From: Oikopleura dioica
Taxonomy: Eukaryota > Animalia > Chordata
Length of the DNA: 64,000 nucleotides
Direction: 5' to 3'
Assembly: GCA_907165135.1 (NCBI GenBank)
Contig: OU015567.1
Span: 744,001 to 808,000, forward strand
Position numbers and translations under genes: made by a program. The notes beneath the pieces are model-generated. The model did no database searches, was not told the origin of the DNA, and saw only the letters and a program-made list of their open reading frames with translations. Of this stretch, positions 22,391 through 33,966 are shown piece after piece. Position 1 is the stretch's first letter; each line of letters starts with the position of its first letter.

Positions 22391-22772
22391 TAACATACCC
22401 CCTCCCTAAATTCGCCCGCTTTTCGTGGTACATTTCCCAAAATTCGCTCTCCCTAATTTTTTTAATCTGCCCCCAATTTCGCTTCTCCTGATTTTTCACC
22501 GGGCCCCCAAATTCGCTCTGCAGATTGTCTAAAAACGCCTAAACACAATTGAATATGGATAAATTGCAAAAAAAATCTATTATCAGGCTAGTATTTCTCT
22601 CCACCGAGACAACGACGCGTGCTAATCCTTCAATTTTAGTTTTGAGAGCGAATTTGTGGGCCCGGTAAAAAGTTAGGAGAAGCGAAATTGGGGGCAGATG
22701 AAAAAATTAGATGGAGCGAATTTTGGGAAATGTACCACGAAAAGCGGGCGAATTTTGGGAGGGGGTACGTTA
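22391..22772. mobile_element. Foldback MITE with imperfect TIRs of about 120 bp and TA-flanked ends
   Basis: CCCCCTCCCTAAATTCGCCCGCTTTTCGTGGTACATTTCCCAAAATTCGCTC... mirrored by ...GAGCGAATTTTGGGAAATGTACCACGAAAAGCGGGCGAATTTTGGGAGGGGG. Confidence 0.85.
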
Positions 22773-23599
22773 TTGACTGGCATAAGCGGTAGTTAAGGAT
22801 ATCCGACATGTAATAAAAGTTAACACTGAAATGTGGAGAGAATACTTTGGGTAGGTCAGAGGACAAAATGACTTATTTTGTGAAAGTCAGATTCTTTGTC
22901 TCAAGAATTCTTCCTCCCTTTTCATCTGGCGACTACGCTAATTCCCCTAACCGATTTTTATTTTACCAAGGAACTTATTTTTTCGGCGATGAATCTTCAT
23001 GAAATAACCATATCGTAGCTGGAATACGAAAAGTTTCAAAATGATACCAATTATAAATTGGTAATATATTAAATGAAGAACAGCTATATGATATAGCCTA
23101 TATCATATAGGGCCTATATGATATGAGCCTATATCCTTAAAGCAAAATCTTCGAGAACCGATGTTTTTTCTTTGCAAAAGTGTTTATTTTAAATCATTCT
23201 GCAATAAATCTTGCCGATATAAAGAATCAATATTCCTTTGCCAGAAAAACAGCGTTAAAAGGTCGAAGTGGGTTTTTTAAATACAGGAACCTTAAAAAAA
23301 GCACGTCATAGGTGACGACACGTGATTCTGAAATTCTTAAGTGTTAGAGATATCTACATATCATTTTGTTCTTTGGAGCGAGCTGATTTCATAAATGCAA
23401 AAGAAAAATTTTTTCGGTCACTTGTTTGGGCTCTGGGTCCCCAAAATCACCTTTTTGGCTTGTTTTTGAAAAATTATGCATTATTTGCAAGCTCCCCAGC
23501 AAAAACGAGTACCACCATCAGAAAGAGCAGGTCTTTTAACACTAGAAACCACCTTTAAACCTAATGCCATCGCTCAGGATGGATCAGGATGGTCAATTC

Positions 23600-24078
23600 A
23601 TAACTTATGCATAACTTATGCTTAACAAATATTATCAACTAAGAAGCCTTTGATTTTCAAAAAATCATGGGTTAATACAAAATTGATCAAAGAAGACGAA
23701 TTTGAATAAGAAATCGCCGATGAATCATCGGCGATGATGATGACTACAATGTTGCCGACGCAGTTCTGGAAAAAGAAGAGGAAGAAGCTTTGGTTGAGAA
23801 ATTCGTTGCTTCTGAAATATAGGTTGGCCCAGCTATAACTCCGAAGGCAGCTCCTGAACCAACTCATGGAAATCAAGCGAAAGAACCAGAAAATGGTCCT
23901 ATGAAGCAGTCGAGCAGTTTTTTTCAATGACGTCCATTTTTGTGTCAGAAATATATCTCATAGAAAAAACTGCCTTATTTTGGATATTTTTTTGAAGACG
24001 ATATTTGCGATTTTTCGAAGAAAACTGCCTTATTTTGGACTGCCTTATTTTAGACTGCCTTATTTTGGAAAACTACTG
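23600..24078 (+). mobile_element. Right end of a second, degenerate pogo-like element
   Basis: Stop-interrupted KPLIFKKSWVNTKLIKEDEFE*...AVLEKEEEEALVEKFVA...ENGP, homologous to ORF 19149-19487; four CTGCCTTATTTT repeats; terminus ...TTGGAAAACTACTG|TA. Confidence 0.7.
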
Positions 24079-25162
24079 TATCAGATTTTGAAGCTGATTC
24101 TTTAACCGCAATAAAAATCAAAATTAGAGCATTGGGTGGTGGTGCAAGCGTGGAGGCGCGTGCGCCTCAGGAGCTTTTGGAGTAAATCATCAAAATCAAT
24201 GTTATTTTAAAGAAATTTTTTATCTCTAGGTATTTTAATATGGAGATAAATAATTTATTATTTATTTTATCCGTTCAAATAATATTATATTCAATTTCAT
24301 AAGAAACAAGTATTTTTCGACATCAACAACTGTCAATTTCATTATTTACTTGACATGAATGAGATTTATTCCGGAAATCCCTGGATTTATGTATCGAACC
24401 ACTTGTCACCTTATTCAGAAAGGTTCGAACCTAACACGGGGCGTGATTTCCTGCCGCGCTGTTACTCTCAGTCAGAGGGGTTGCAAAAGAAAGCTCAGCC
24501 TCTGAGCTTTCAGTAGAGCTCATAACATCGGGCTGCCCTTTTGTCTAGCGCCCTCAAGTGGCGCTAAAAGATGACCTTGAAGATCGGAAAAGTCGGAAAC
24601 TTCCGGTTTTGAATTTTAAACTCACTAGTTGTATTTTTAAAACAATAATAAACAATTATCAAAGTCAAAAAAGACTGAACCGCGGTTGAACCGAGTGGTC
24701 AACCGGGTGGTCTATCGCGGTTGGACTCAAGAAATCTTCTAGAACATAGAAATATGGGTATTTTTTGACGGGAAATTGAATAAACCATGAAAAAAAGGAT
24801 GGACCATAACTAATGGTATACATCGGCGCGGTGCTGCTTCCTCGATCAACGCGTCGCCAGAACCTATTTTTTACAACGGCAGAAAATCTGAACGGAGCAA
24901 GATTTTGTCTAGGTTCAAAAAGATTACAAATCCTTGAAGTTTTTTATATTTCTTATTGCGAATATCAAAAAAATGTAATCGAGGAGTTATCTTGGAATCG
25001 CCAGTTTTCTTCTTGTGACATGTTCTCCTTCATTTTTCATCCAAAATTTTATGAAACTTGAATGCTCTTGTCGACAATGCTCTGCTTTTCAATTCCTCTT
25101 ATACAGATTTTTCGTTAAGGGGGTCCCCAACGATTTTTCTGAAAATGGCCATTTATATATAC

Positions 25163-25860
25163 GGGTGGCGGGCGGCTTCGTTCGCAAAGGCCATTTTGCG
25201 AACGGCGTTCGCAAATTACGAGCGGTGTTCGCAAAATCGAAAAAATTTTGGCCGAAAATCGTTCACGCCTTTTTTCAAAATGTGTCCCAGCGGTAAAGAA
25301 AGACTGCTCCTGCCAAGCCGATGAGTAGGTACCCGCTGAAAAAAATAGGTGGTCGATATGTTATCCCTTTTTGAACGAAACTCTGTGACTATAGTAAATA
25401 AGTATCTAGAAGTTCAATTCCGAGGTCAAAAGTTCGAAAAAAGTTCATCTTGGGGTCACCCGAGGTCATCAAAGTTCGAAAAATTGAGATTTTCTAATAA
25501 TACTATTTGTGTATTAAAAGAATGTTTAATGATAGTTTCATTCCCAAAAAATTTTTAGGCTCTATTAGGCTTACAAATTACAGTCGAAAAACGTCAATTT
25601 ACAATGAAAATTCGATCACGTGCAAAATTTTCTCGATAAAAATCTTTTTTCTTTGCTCAAAAGTTAGTGTCAACTATCATTTGCTAGATTTGCAACTTGA
25701 AAGTGCTTAATTAAAGGGGTTGAAAATGGCCCTTTTGACTTCAGCGGGTACCTAGCCAATGAGTTCTCTACCAGAAAATGCGCGAAACGCACACTCACGG
25801 GAAGTTTTTATTTCATTCCGAACGGCGTTCGCAAATTGCGAACGAAGCCGCCCTACACCC
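25163..25860. mobile_element. Inverted-repeat element with GGGTG..GGGCGGCTTCGTTCGCAA arms
   Basis: Imperfect arms of about 25 bp at 25163 and 25836-25860; internal AACGGCGTTCGCAAATT repeats; no TSD seen. Confidence 0.5.
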
Positions 25861-27442
25861 GCCGATACAGACTTATATTTTTCACTAATTTTTTTACGTG
25901 CAAGTAGATCAAATCTAGATCTAGTGAAGCCTGTCTCAGATTTTTTTAAAACCAACCATATCTCGCGCAAAGGCGCCGAGAAGGAGAGCATCTCACAGAA
26001 AATCGCGTTTTTGGCCATTTTTTTCACCTGAGATTACTCCAAAAATTTAGATTACAAAAAATTTTTTCCTGCTGTTTCTGAATGCTCTAGCACTAATCTA
26101 GTGAAGCGGTTCTTCGTTTTTTCGATTTCCCAAAAATGATTATGTAACAAAGACGATCAAAAAATGTACGATTTTGGAATTTTCAACCCTGTGAATTGCC
26201 CTCTGGGCATAACCCAGACCCATATTTTCGGGCATTTACATAAAGCTTAGCTCACAGCATTTCTAAAAATGTGCTATTCTTGAATTTTGATGAAAATGCA
26301 GAAAAATTGGTCACTTCAACTTGAAGTCTTCAAGTATCAAAGGACACTTTTTTCTACAAGAATTGAAAAAGCTAGAGGCCTTTTTGCAGCTTTTGCATAA
26401 GGAATTTAGATCCGAAGAGAAAAAATCTTATTCCCAAAATCGTTAAAATCCATTCAAGCAGCACTATTATTAAGTTTCAGTGACAGATAACCAAACTGTA
26501 AAGAAAATCATAACTTCTGTGAATTTTATGGTTAAAAATATCAGAAGAGACGATTAACTATCCGCTCACATTGTTGAATTTCTCTTTTGAGACACTACAA
26601 TGTTGATCACATTCAAATTTATCTATAAAAATATGATAAGAAATCTTTACAAAGAATAACCTCTCAAAAACTAGACGAAAAATGAAGGGCCGAAAATCAA
26701 AGTTTCCGCCCACCTTAATTTACCGATGAAATCAAGAAATGAATTAAAAATTCAGAGAGCATTGTGCTAGTTTTTGTCAAAAACAAAAGCAATAAAAATA
26801 AAATTTCAGACAAAGAGCATACCGTGGTTTTCCATTTTAAGGGATCCTCCCCTGTTTTTTCATTTCCTGCCGTGCAAAGTTTTGTTCAATAATAGAATGC
26901 ACGTAACGAGGCAGTCGCCATCAACAATGGAGCAGACTTTATTTCAAAATAATGCTTTCCATTTTCTAAAGCGCTACGCAATCTGCATTCCATCTTTCTA
27001 ATCTTAATGAATAATAAGACTTAGACGCAAAGATGCTCATACCTGGTGGATCTTCGTCGTAGAGATCCTAAAGATTAGACAGATCGGAACACGGTCATTT
27101 TTCGGGGTAAAATACTGAAGAGCTAACAAATGCTTTATATAATATAAAAGAGAGCAATTTTTTTATAATTCGGAAGTTGAAAGAATTAAACCTTGTTTTT
27201 ATTCACCCGATTTTCGAGAGGGAATTTTCAATTGAATTTTGTCGGTTTGAAGATCGCAAAATAAAAACATTAAAAATTCATAATGCATATTTTGAGCGAT
27301 GTTTATGATGCTTGACGCTAGAAAAAGTCGCGCATGCAATGGTCAGAGCAAGATAAGACTACATCTCGCGCGCCCTCCGTTTCGTATTATAAATCTGAAT
27401 CATAACCGAAACCATAAAAAAATTACTAAAAAGAGATCTACG

Positions 27443-28412
27443 ATGAGACTTCTTTCAGGAATCCTTGTTTCTGCATACGCCGGCGATATGATGAAGAGAC
27501 ATGATAAAATATTGGGACATCTCAACGTGAGTTGCCCTGATTAAGTGAAAACATTTAATTTTTAGTTCTTCAATCTTTGCGAAAACATAAATTAAACGGT
27601 CATTCAGCGTCTTGCAGACCAAGCTCTGGATCTGACGAACAAAAAAGATGCCCGTCACGTCGCAAAAATTCAAAAATGGGCAGCGCGAGTAGTCGAATCA
27701 AACGATCGAGATGGAGCCCCGTGCGATGACACCGATGATGATGCCAACGACTTCTTTGTTTTCGACAAAGAAGACTCCTGCAAGCTAAACTCTCAGATCA
27801 TGTCTGCGATCAGATCATTCGCGAGAAGATTTGCATGCAACGGGAGAGGCAATGTGCCAAGACAAATTGCAAGGCGAAGCAACAGACTTAAGCAGAACTT
27901 CGAGCGACGAAAATGCGGAGTCTCAACTGCTCAAGAAACCACTGCAGCGCCTCAAACCGCCGAGTCAACGGAGCCACCGACTGAACCAGGAAGAGTCTGT
28001 CCCATCATCTATCATAAAACCGAGGAATTACTTACTTACGATGAAGCCATAGCATATTGCTATGAGCAAGGCATGGAGCTCTCCTCAGTGCCAGATAATT
28101 GGATGAATCCTCTTTGCTGGCATCACGTTTGTATTTTTTTTCCGTGACTTTTCTTACGCTCTTTCTTAGATGGTAGAAATCATCACGAGCGACGTGGTGG
28201 ATCCGCGTGCCGAGCAACATGCCTGGATCAACAACGACAACGGAGAATGCTCGGTGGTGAACTACACCAAAGAATACTTCATCTACGGTACAACAAATGT
28301 TGTCTATTCTCCCTTTTACTTTCCCGATGCTTGCGAGTCAAAATTCAAAGCTATTTGCTCGATGGGAGAATTTGAAACTACAACGAGGATTCCAACCACT
28401 CCAGACTACTGA
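27443..28412 (+). CDS. Secreted protein: Cys-containing helical N-terminal domain, Thr/Pro linker, CTLD-like C-terminus
   Basis: Signal MRLLSGILVSAYA; two GT-AG introns; DKEDSCKLNSQI...RRFAC...; LTYDEAIAYC...AWI...EC...DACESKFKAIC. Confidence 0.7.
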
Positions 28413-28559
28413 GAGATACTGTTTAATACTGTAACAGTCATTGAAAAATATATTGAATAATTTTTATTTCGTTCAGCACGAAAAAGTCATAATAGTCAGC
28501 GAAAATAATTATACAGATGTTTCGACAGAAAGCCGATCTCACGTGAAACAGAAAGGGAA

Positions 28560-29585
28560 CTAGCATTGGGCATTGATATTTTTAACCCCAGAAGGGCAGC
28601 ATTTTTGATTCAAAGTATCGTACTGAGTTCCGGAAGCTTCACAGCAAGCTTTGGCGCCGCCAAAAGGATGGAATGGAGATCGTCGTGGGTATTCGCCGCA
28701 GCATTGCATCGGACCAGGAGCAGTTGGGGGAGTGTTTGTAGAGCCATTTCCTGATGAAAGAATTCATATTTTTTCTTATCTCAAAATTGTGGCTTTACCT
28801 GGACCGGTGAGGCTTCCACCGGTGTTCCCAGAAGGCATGCATTGATCAGCAAAATCAAATCCTTCCGCGACAGCATGTTCTTGAACAAAAAACTCGGCAT
28901 GAGCAGCCAATTGAAAAGCTAGCTCTTCATCGCACTACAGTAGAACTGATTACTTTCAAGTCCCTTTTTTGTCCTCCTACCTTGCACTGATTCGCGCCGC
29001 AAAAGTCCTGAGAAGCAGTTGAGCTGCAATCAAGTCGTTGGATTTCGGCGTTGAAGCTGATTTCATAGAGTGCGTTTTCGACGGAGCAGATGTTTCCGTT
29101 GTCGGTGGAGACTCCGATGTTGTCGAAGACGTTGCATTTCGAGCATCGCTGATATTGCTGGCAGAAGAGATCCAAGTTGTCGACGGGATCACCTTTGCCC
29201 TGAAATCCCGATAAATTGAATTCTTTCAAAATCATTTGACAAACCTGAAATCTATTCGGAAGCAAGTTGCAGTAACATCCGTAGTTGAGCATTTGTTCGG
29301 CCAAGGAAGTGTCGAATCCAGCTTGAGAGAGATAAAATTCTAGCATTTGTCGGATCAAGAAGGCATTTCCGTCGCTTCTAGCGCTTCGCTCCAAATTTTC
29401 TTGGAAATCCATCAATTCTGCCAATCCTGGAACAGCTAAAAATGCGTTTGAGCGAAAATTTCTTGAAATCAACGAAGATTTTTTTCAAAAAAAAAAATCA
29501 AAAAAAAAATTTTTGTCTTACATTTGAGAAGTTCTGAAGAAGGAGCGGCGAGAATTCCATTGATAAGAATTTGTGAAATTTTCAT
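28560..29585 (-). CDS. Secreted phospholipase-A2-fold (otoconin-like) protein, probably non-catalytic, with C-terminal Cys-rich module
   Basis: Signal exon MKISQILINGILAA; NYGCYC...GKGDPVDNLDLFCQQYQRCSKC...CKCDEEL; tail CCGEYPRRSPF...KCCPSG. Confidence 0.8.
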
Positions 29586-29914
29586 ATTTAAAATTTTCTT
29601 TCTCTAATTTGAATTTTTGGTTTTGATGCTTTGGCGAGTTTAAGTTCGAGCTATTTATAGCAAAAACGGGTGACCGCGACGGTTACGGGTTAGGTGTGTT
29701 GAACCGCCGCAATATTAAACCAGCAATAACCGATTTTGTAAATCGGCAATAACTGATTAGAAGCCGATCATCCGCCGAGATTGGTTCCGCTCTTTTCTAA
29801 AAAGCAACTTGAGCCACGTTTTCTGAAAATGCTGCCCAAAGCTTAATTGAAAGAAGCGCAGCCCTGTGAACTTCTAATAATTGCCAATTAGCGCTTTTTT
29901 GATAAAAGCTCAGA

Positions 29915-30046
29915 AAGAATTTCGACAAATTTTGCGTAAAAATTTTCAACCAATCGGAAGTCTGGATTCGCTCCATCTGCCTATCAGCAACCGAGTAGCC
30001 GCCTACGCAAAATTTGTCGTTTTTTTGTCGGTCCCTGATGCCACCC
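29915..30046. mobile_element. CCAAT-MITE family copy (reverse orientation, partial)
   Basis: TTTCGACAAATTTTGCG...CAACCAATC...CTACGCAAAATTTGTCG...GATGCCACCC. Confidence 0.7.
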
Positions 30047-30152
30047 TTTTTTTGGTCGCTTTTTGGGCTGTTTTTCGAACTTTAGTTAACACTTGACAAT
30101 GTTTGACGTTTTTATGATGAGATCAAGGAAGATTTATTGATAGAAAGAATGT

Positions 30153-30717
30153 TTACTTAGAGACTTCTTCTTTTCTTTTCATAATTCTGGTTGCGGTCAC
30201 ATCATCGATTGTTTGCTCAAGATGAAGTTTTCCGTCGATCAGCTTGAAAACTGTCTTCATCTCCTAAAAGAAGAAAGTCGACTCGATTCTTTATTATAAA
30301 ATAACCTTCAAAGAGTCGCCAGCTTTGATCCCTTTTCCGACGATAATCATGTCTTCTCCATCGAAGCTCAGAGTTGATTGGATCTTCTCTCCATTCATTC
30401 CTTCATCTTCAAACACTTCTCCAGAATAGGGAAGGGATGACTTTTTCGTGATGATTTTCGTCTTCATTTTAAATTTTAAGCTCTAAAAATATTGATCCTC
30501 GGTCATCAAGTTGATCCTACAGACTCTTCGGGGATAATTTCAAACTTTACTTCCATGTTTTTTGCAATTTTTCTCGCGACTTTTGGAAGACCAAGTTTTT
30601 TATTCAACTAAAAATACTTTTAAAAAGGCTTCTTCTGGTAAAAATCACCTCTTTGAGATTTTCAACCGATTCCTGCCTCCATTTTCCGGCATATTTTTCA
30701 GCGATGTCTTTTCCCAT
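30153..30717 (-). CDS. Fatty-acid-binding protein (FABP/iLBP family)
   Basis: Four exons give MGKDIAEKYAGKWRQESVENLKE|LNKKLGLPKVARKIAKNMEVKFEII...EVFEDEGMNGEKIQSTLSFDG...KLIDGKLHLEQTIDDVTATRIMKR, matching the GKW, RK, K.KS..T.DG and DGKL motifs. Confidence 0.85.
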
Positions 30718-31468
30718 CTCAATTTAATAAAAAAAGAGATTCTTGAAGTTCAAGAATCTTGAACTCAAATTGTTTTAATTGACAGGATTTGGTGGGGCGT
30801 TGATTCTTTGTTAAATTTTATGATCATTTCTTCAGTTGGCAAATTCTTCTGAAAATGAAGTAATGTAAACAATGATTATCATTAAGATGATTTAAGTTTT
30901 ATGCCGTATTAATAGTATTATGTTATTAATAATCGCGGAAAGTCTTTATTTGACAAGGTAGCTTGATACAGGTAGTTTATTCCGTCTTTTTACAAGAATT
31001 AAAAATATCGTCCATTCCCTCTTAGAATTTTTTTATGGTGCTTTGAAATACCGATGATTTTTGAAGATTGCGCCGAAAACTAAAGCTCAAATAAGCGACA
31101 CCAAGCGAGCAGATTTCTTTCGCTCTACCGCCTGGAGGACTCCTCCTGCTGGAAGAATTCTAAGATAAAAGAAGCATAATTTCAGGCACAATTTCATTGA
31201 AATCATCGGTATCAAAATTTTTAAATCATAATTAGGGTTTTTCACGGAAAATGGTATATCATTCAATCGGCCTGAAAATTTCAAAATATGTGTTTCTTGA
31301 GCCGCTGATTTCAAATATGTGAAAATTATTATCAAATTCTGATGATTCATAATGCTTTTCTTTACAAAAAATCATTTTATTCAGAAAACTAACGTCATAA
31401 CAGTTTGAACAGTTCAGTTAGTTAACACAGTCGCAAAGTTTCGGGAACAGTATAAAAATGATAAGACG

Positions 31469-31890
31469 CTAGAAGTTGATTTCGAAAACACGGTCTTCTT
31501 CAAAATCCTCTCTCCTCAAAGACCGATAAGAAGTCGTTTCAGAGTGACCGTCAGTTTTCAACGAGGACGAATCTGTGCTGAAGAGGGGAGAATCGTCAGT
31601 CGTGAAATCGCCAGATCCGGAACCGTCGCCAGAATATGCGGTTGTGTACTCTTCTGTGGTGGGAGCTTCGGTTGTTGTGGTTGTTTTGTTTTTCGGGACG
31701 AAATATGCTGAAGAATTAATTTTAAGGATGTATTGAAGAGACTGAAAAAAGATGAGGGCACTTTAGTAGCTGTTATATGAATCGACATCTTCTCACTGAA
31801 AAAGAAAGATCTCTTACCTGGAAAGAAAATAATCGAAAAAACTGCGGCGAAGCTAAAAAAGCCAATTAAAAATTTGAGTGATCGTCTCAT
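31469..31890 (-). CDS. Small secreted or anchored Ser-Gly-rich, proteoglycan-like protein
   Basis: Exon 1 MRRSLKFLIGFFSFAAVFSIIFFP, GT-AG intron, exon 2 AYFVPKNKTTTTTEAPTTEEYTTAYSGDGSGSGDFTTDD...EDFEEDRVFEINF*. Confidence 0.65.
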
Positions 31891-32719
31891 GTTTACGGAA
31901 TGCAGCAAATCGGCGAGTATCGGTCGCTTTTATATTGACATCATTCACTTGGCTCCGACTCATTGCAAACACAGCCACCATTCTGTGCAATTAAGAACAA
32001 CATTCCACGCTCGTAAAACTACGCAATTCTGTCCGTACTTTTATAGGAACACAATCATGTGACATGATTCATGTCAAAGGAAATCAAGAATCTTAGCAAA
32101 ATGACTTTGAGTCAGCTTCTCGGTAAAAAAGCTGAAAAAAATATTTCCGAGCAAATTTTTAATAGTTTATTCTTTCGAATTCTTCAGAGACAAAAAATTT
32201 TTATTTTTCGGATCTCTCAAACTTTACTGAATAACTTAGGACTAAACGAGTTTATGGAAGTGCTTTTTGGATGACCAATAAGATTGCTGTATTTGGCCTA
32301 CCGGCCAATCAAAGCCCTGATCCGTAAAATAATTTCCATAAATTTGTTAAACCACCTTTTTTCTCCTATCTTATAAAAAGGTCAGAGTCCTAGTAAAAAA
32401 AATTAATTGTGAGTAATTCCTAGCCCCACGGTCTATTATGCAGGAAGAAAAAGCTTAAGTGCATGAAATTATTGCAGTCAAAATAACTTCCTGGCAAACA
32501 TTACTCAAGCGCATCTACTTGATGATTTGAATGACCCAACTCATAAAGCAAATTCACGTCAAGGACTATTCCTGCCATTGGAACTTGAATTTTCTTCGGG
32601 AAATACCGTATTGCCAATACCGTATTGGTAATGAGTGGGGAGAGCATCTGTCTATGGGACGGTAGCATATGCTTTCATATTTTTATCTCGTGATCTCTGA
32701 GTTCAACATCATTTTTGAA

Positions 32720-33314
32720 ATGAAAATTTCAAGTTTTTCTATCGCGGTCGTTTGCGCAAGCGATCAGAAATTTGACCCGATTACTGGTGAAATCATGCTA
32801 GAAAGACTCAAAATTTGTAAGAGCGAAAATATGCATCCACTCGATTGTGCACGCATAATGCAACCGGAAATTCTCGAAAAAACCGGCGATTATCATGTTT
32901 GCTGGGTCACAAACACCCTCGATGCGTTTGGAAACGCGATGTTCTCCTAGGGTGTTTGAAAGAATATTTTCATATTATCCAGCAATACCTTCACTCTCAA
33001 GTTATTTTATGTTGAATCTTTAATTTTTCAAACAAAGAAGAGCAAAAACGGGCCGATGCTGTGCAGTCAATGATGGCTGGGTCGCGACTTGTGGTCCTCC
33101 TGATTATTCCCACCCGATTGACAAGCCAAACATGGAGTATCTAGTATATTTTCATAAGGAAACATTTGATATTCGATACTTAAGTGTCGTGACTGTGGGC
33201 TCAGTTGCTTCCTCTCCTCCTTCTCGAACGATGCAAACGTCAACTGCGTTTGGCAATGCATGGAGAAATACGGAAACGCTCTCTGTTCAAATGCTGCGAA
33301 TCTTCATCTTTTAG
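32720..33314 (+). pseudogene. Cys-containing secreted orphan with early stop (pseudogene or short gene)
   Basis: Signal-like MKISSFSIAVVCA; ORF stops at 32950; a plausible coding frame GRCCAVNDGWVATCGPPDY... resumes near 33040. Confidence 0.35.
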
Positions 33315-33966
33315 TTTTTCCTTCGAGTGCACAAATCGGAGGTGCTGGACGCGGTCTCGGCGGTGGTGATGTTTCCGCTATAGAAGACACAGGGGTTCAG
33401 TGCGCCACCCACTGTGAGATCAAAATCTGAGAATTCAGATTGCAGGCTCTGAAATACAAACTGTGTTTCTTTGAAAATTTACCAATTAAAGATCCCTGAC
33501 AAAAAACTTTCCGTCGATTAATGCCTTATTCAGAGCATAAGTAGTTGATTTGAAAATTTGCTGACGGAAACCAGGTCAGGAAGGAGTCCAGTTATCTTAC
33601 GAAAATTAATGTTTACGTTTTGTCAACGCCTGTGATAGCTTTGAGTATCCGTGGTGACCACTTACGGAAAAGCCCGTGGAAGTACTTCAATCTCGTTTTC
33701 TCGCCTACTCAGGCTCTTTTTTGTTTATAATCCTTCAGAATTTGAAGCATGGGAGTCATCAAAATCTCAGTTTTCTAAGCGTTTCTTCAATTATTATCTA
33801 TGCAAAAGACAAGGCCAAATTAGCTCTTTCAATGATCATTTTAAAAGCGAATCGTCACTTTTATTAGTCTATGCAGAATGAAGATAAGGAAAGGAATTTT
33901 TGAACTTTGAACTTTTCGAACAAAAGTCGACGACTGAGATTCACAGCGTCAGTCGAACCAATTTTG

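Noticed and set aside
33313-33440. Minus-strand exon-like segment (DFDLTVGGALNPCVFY...) as the insulinase end
   Set aside because: The insulinase already terminates at 33967 in register with IDE, and no upstream exons could be linked.
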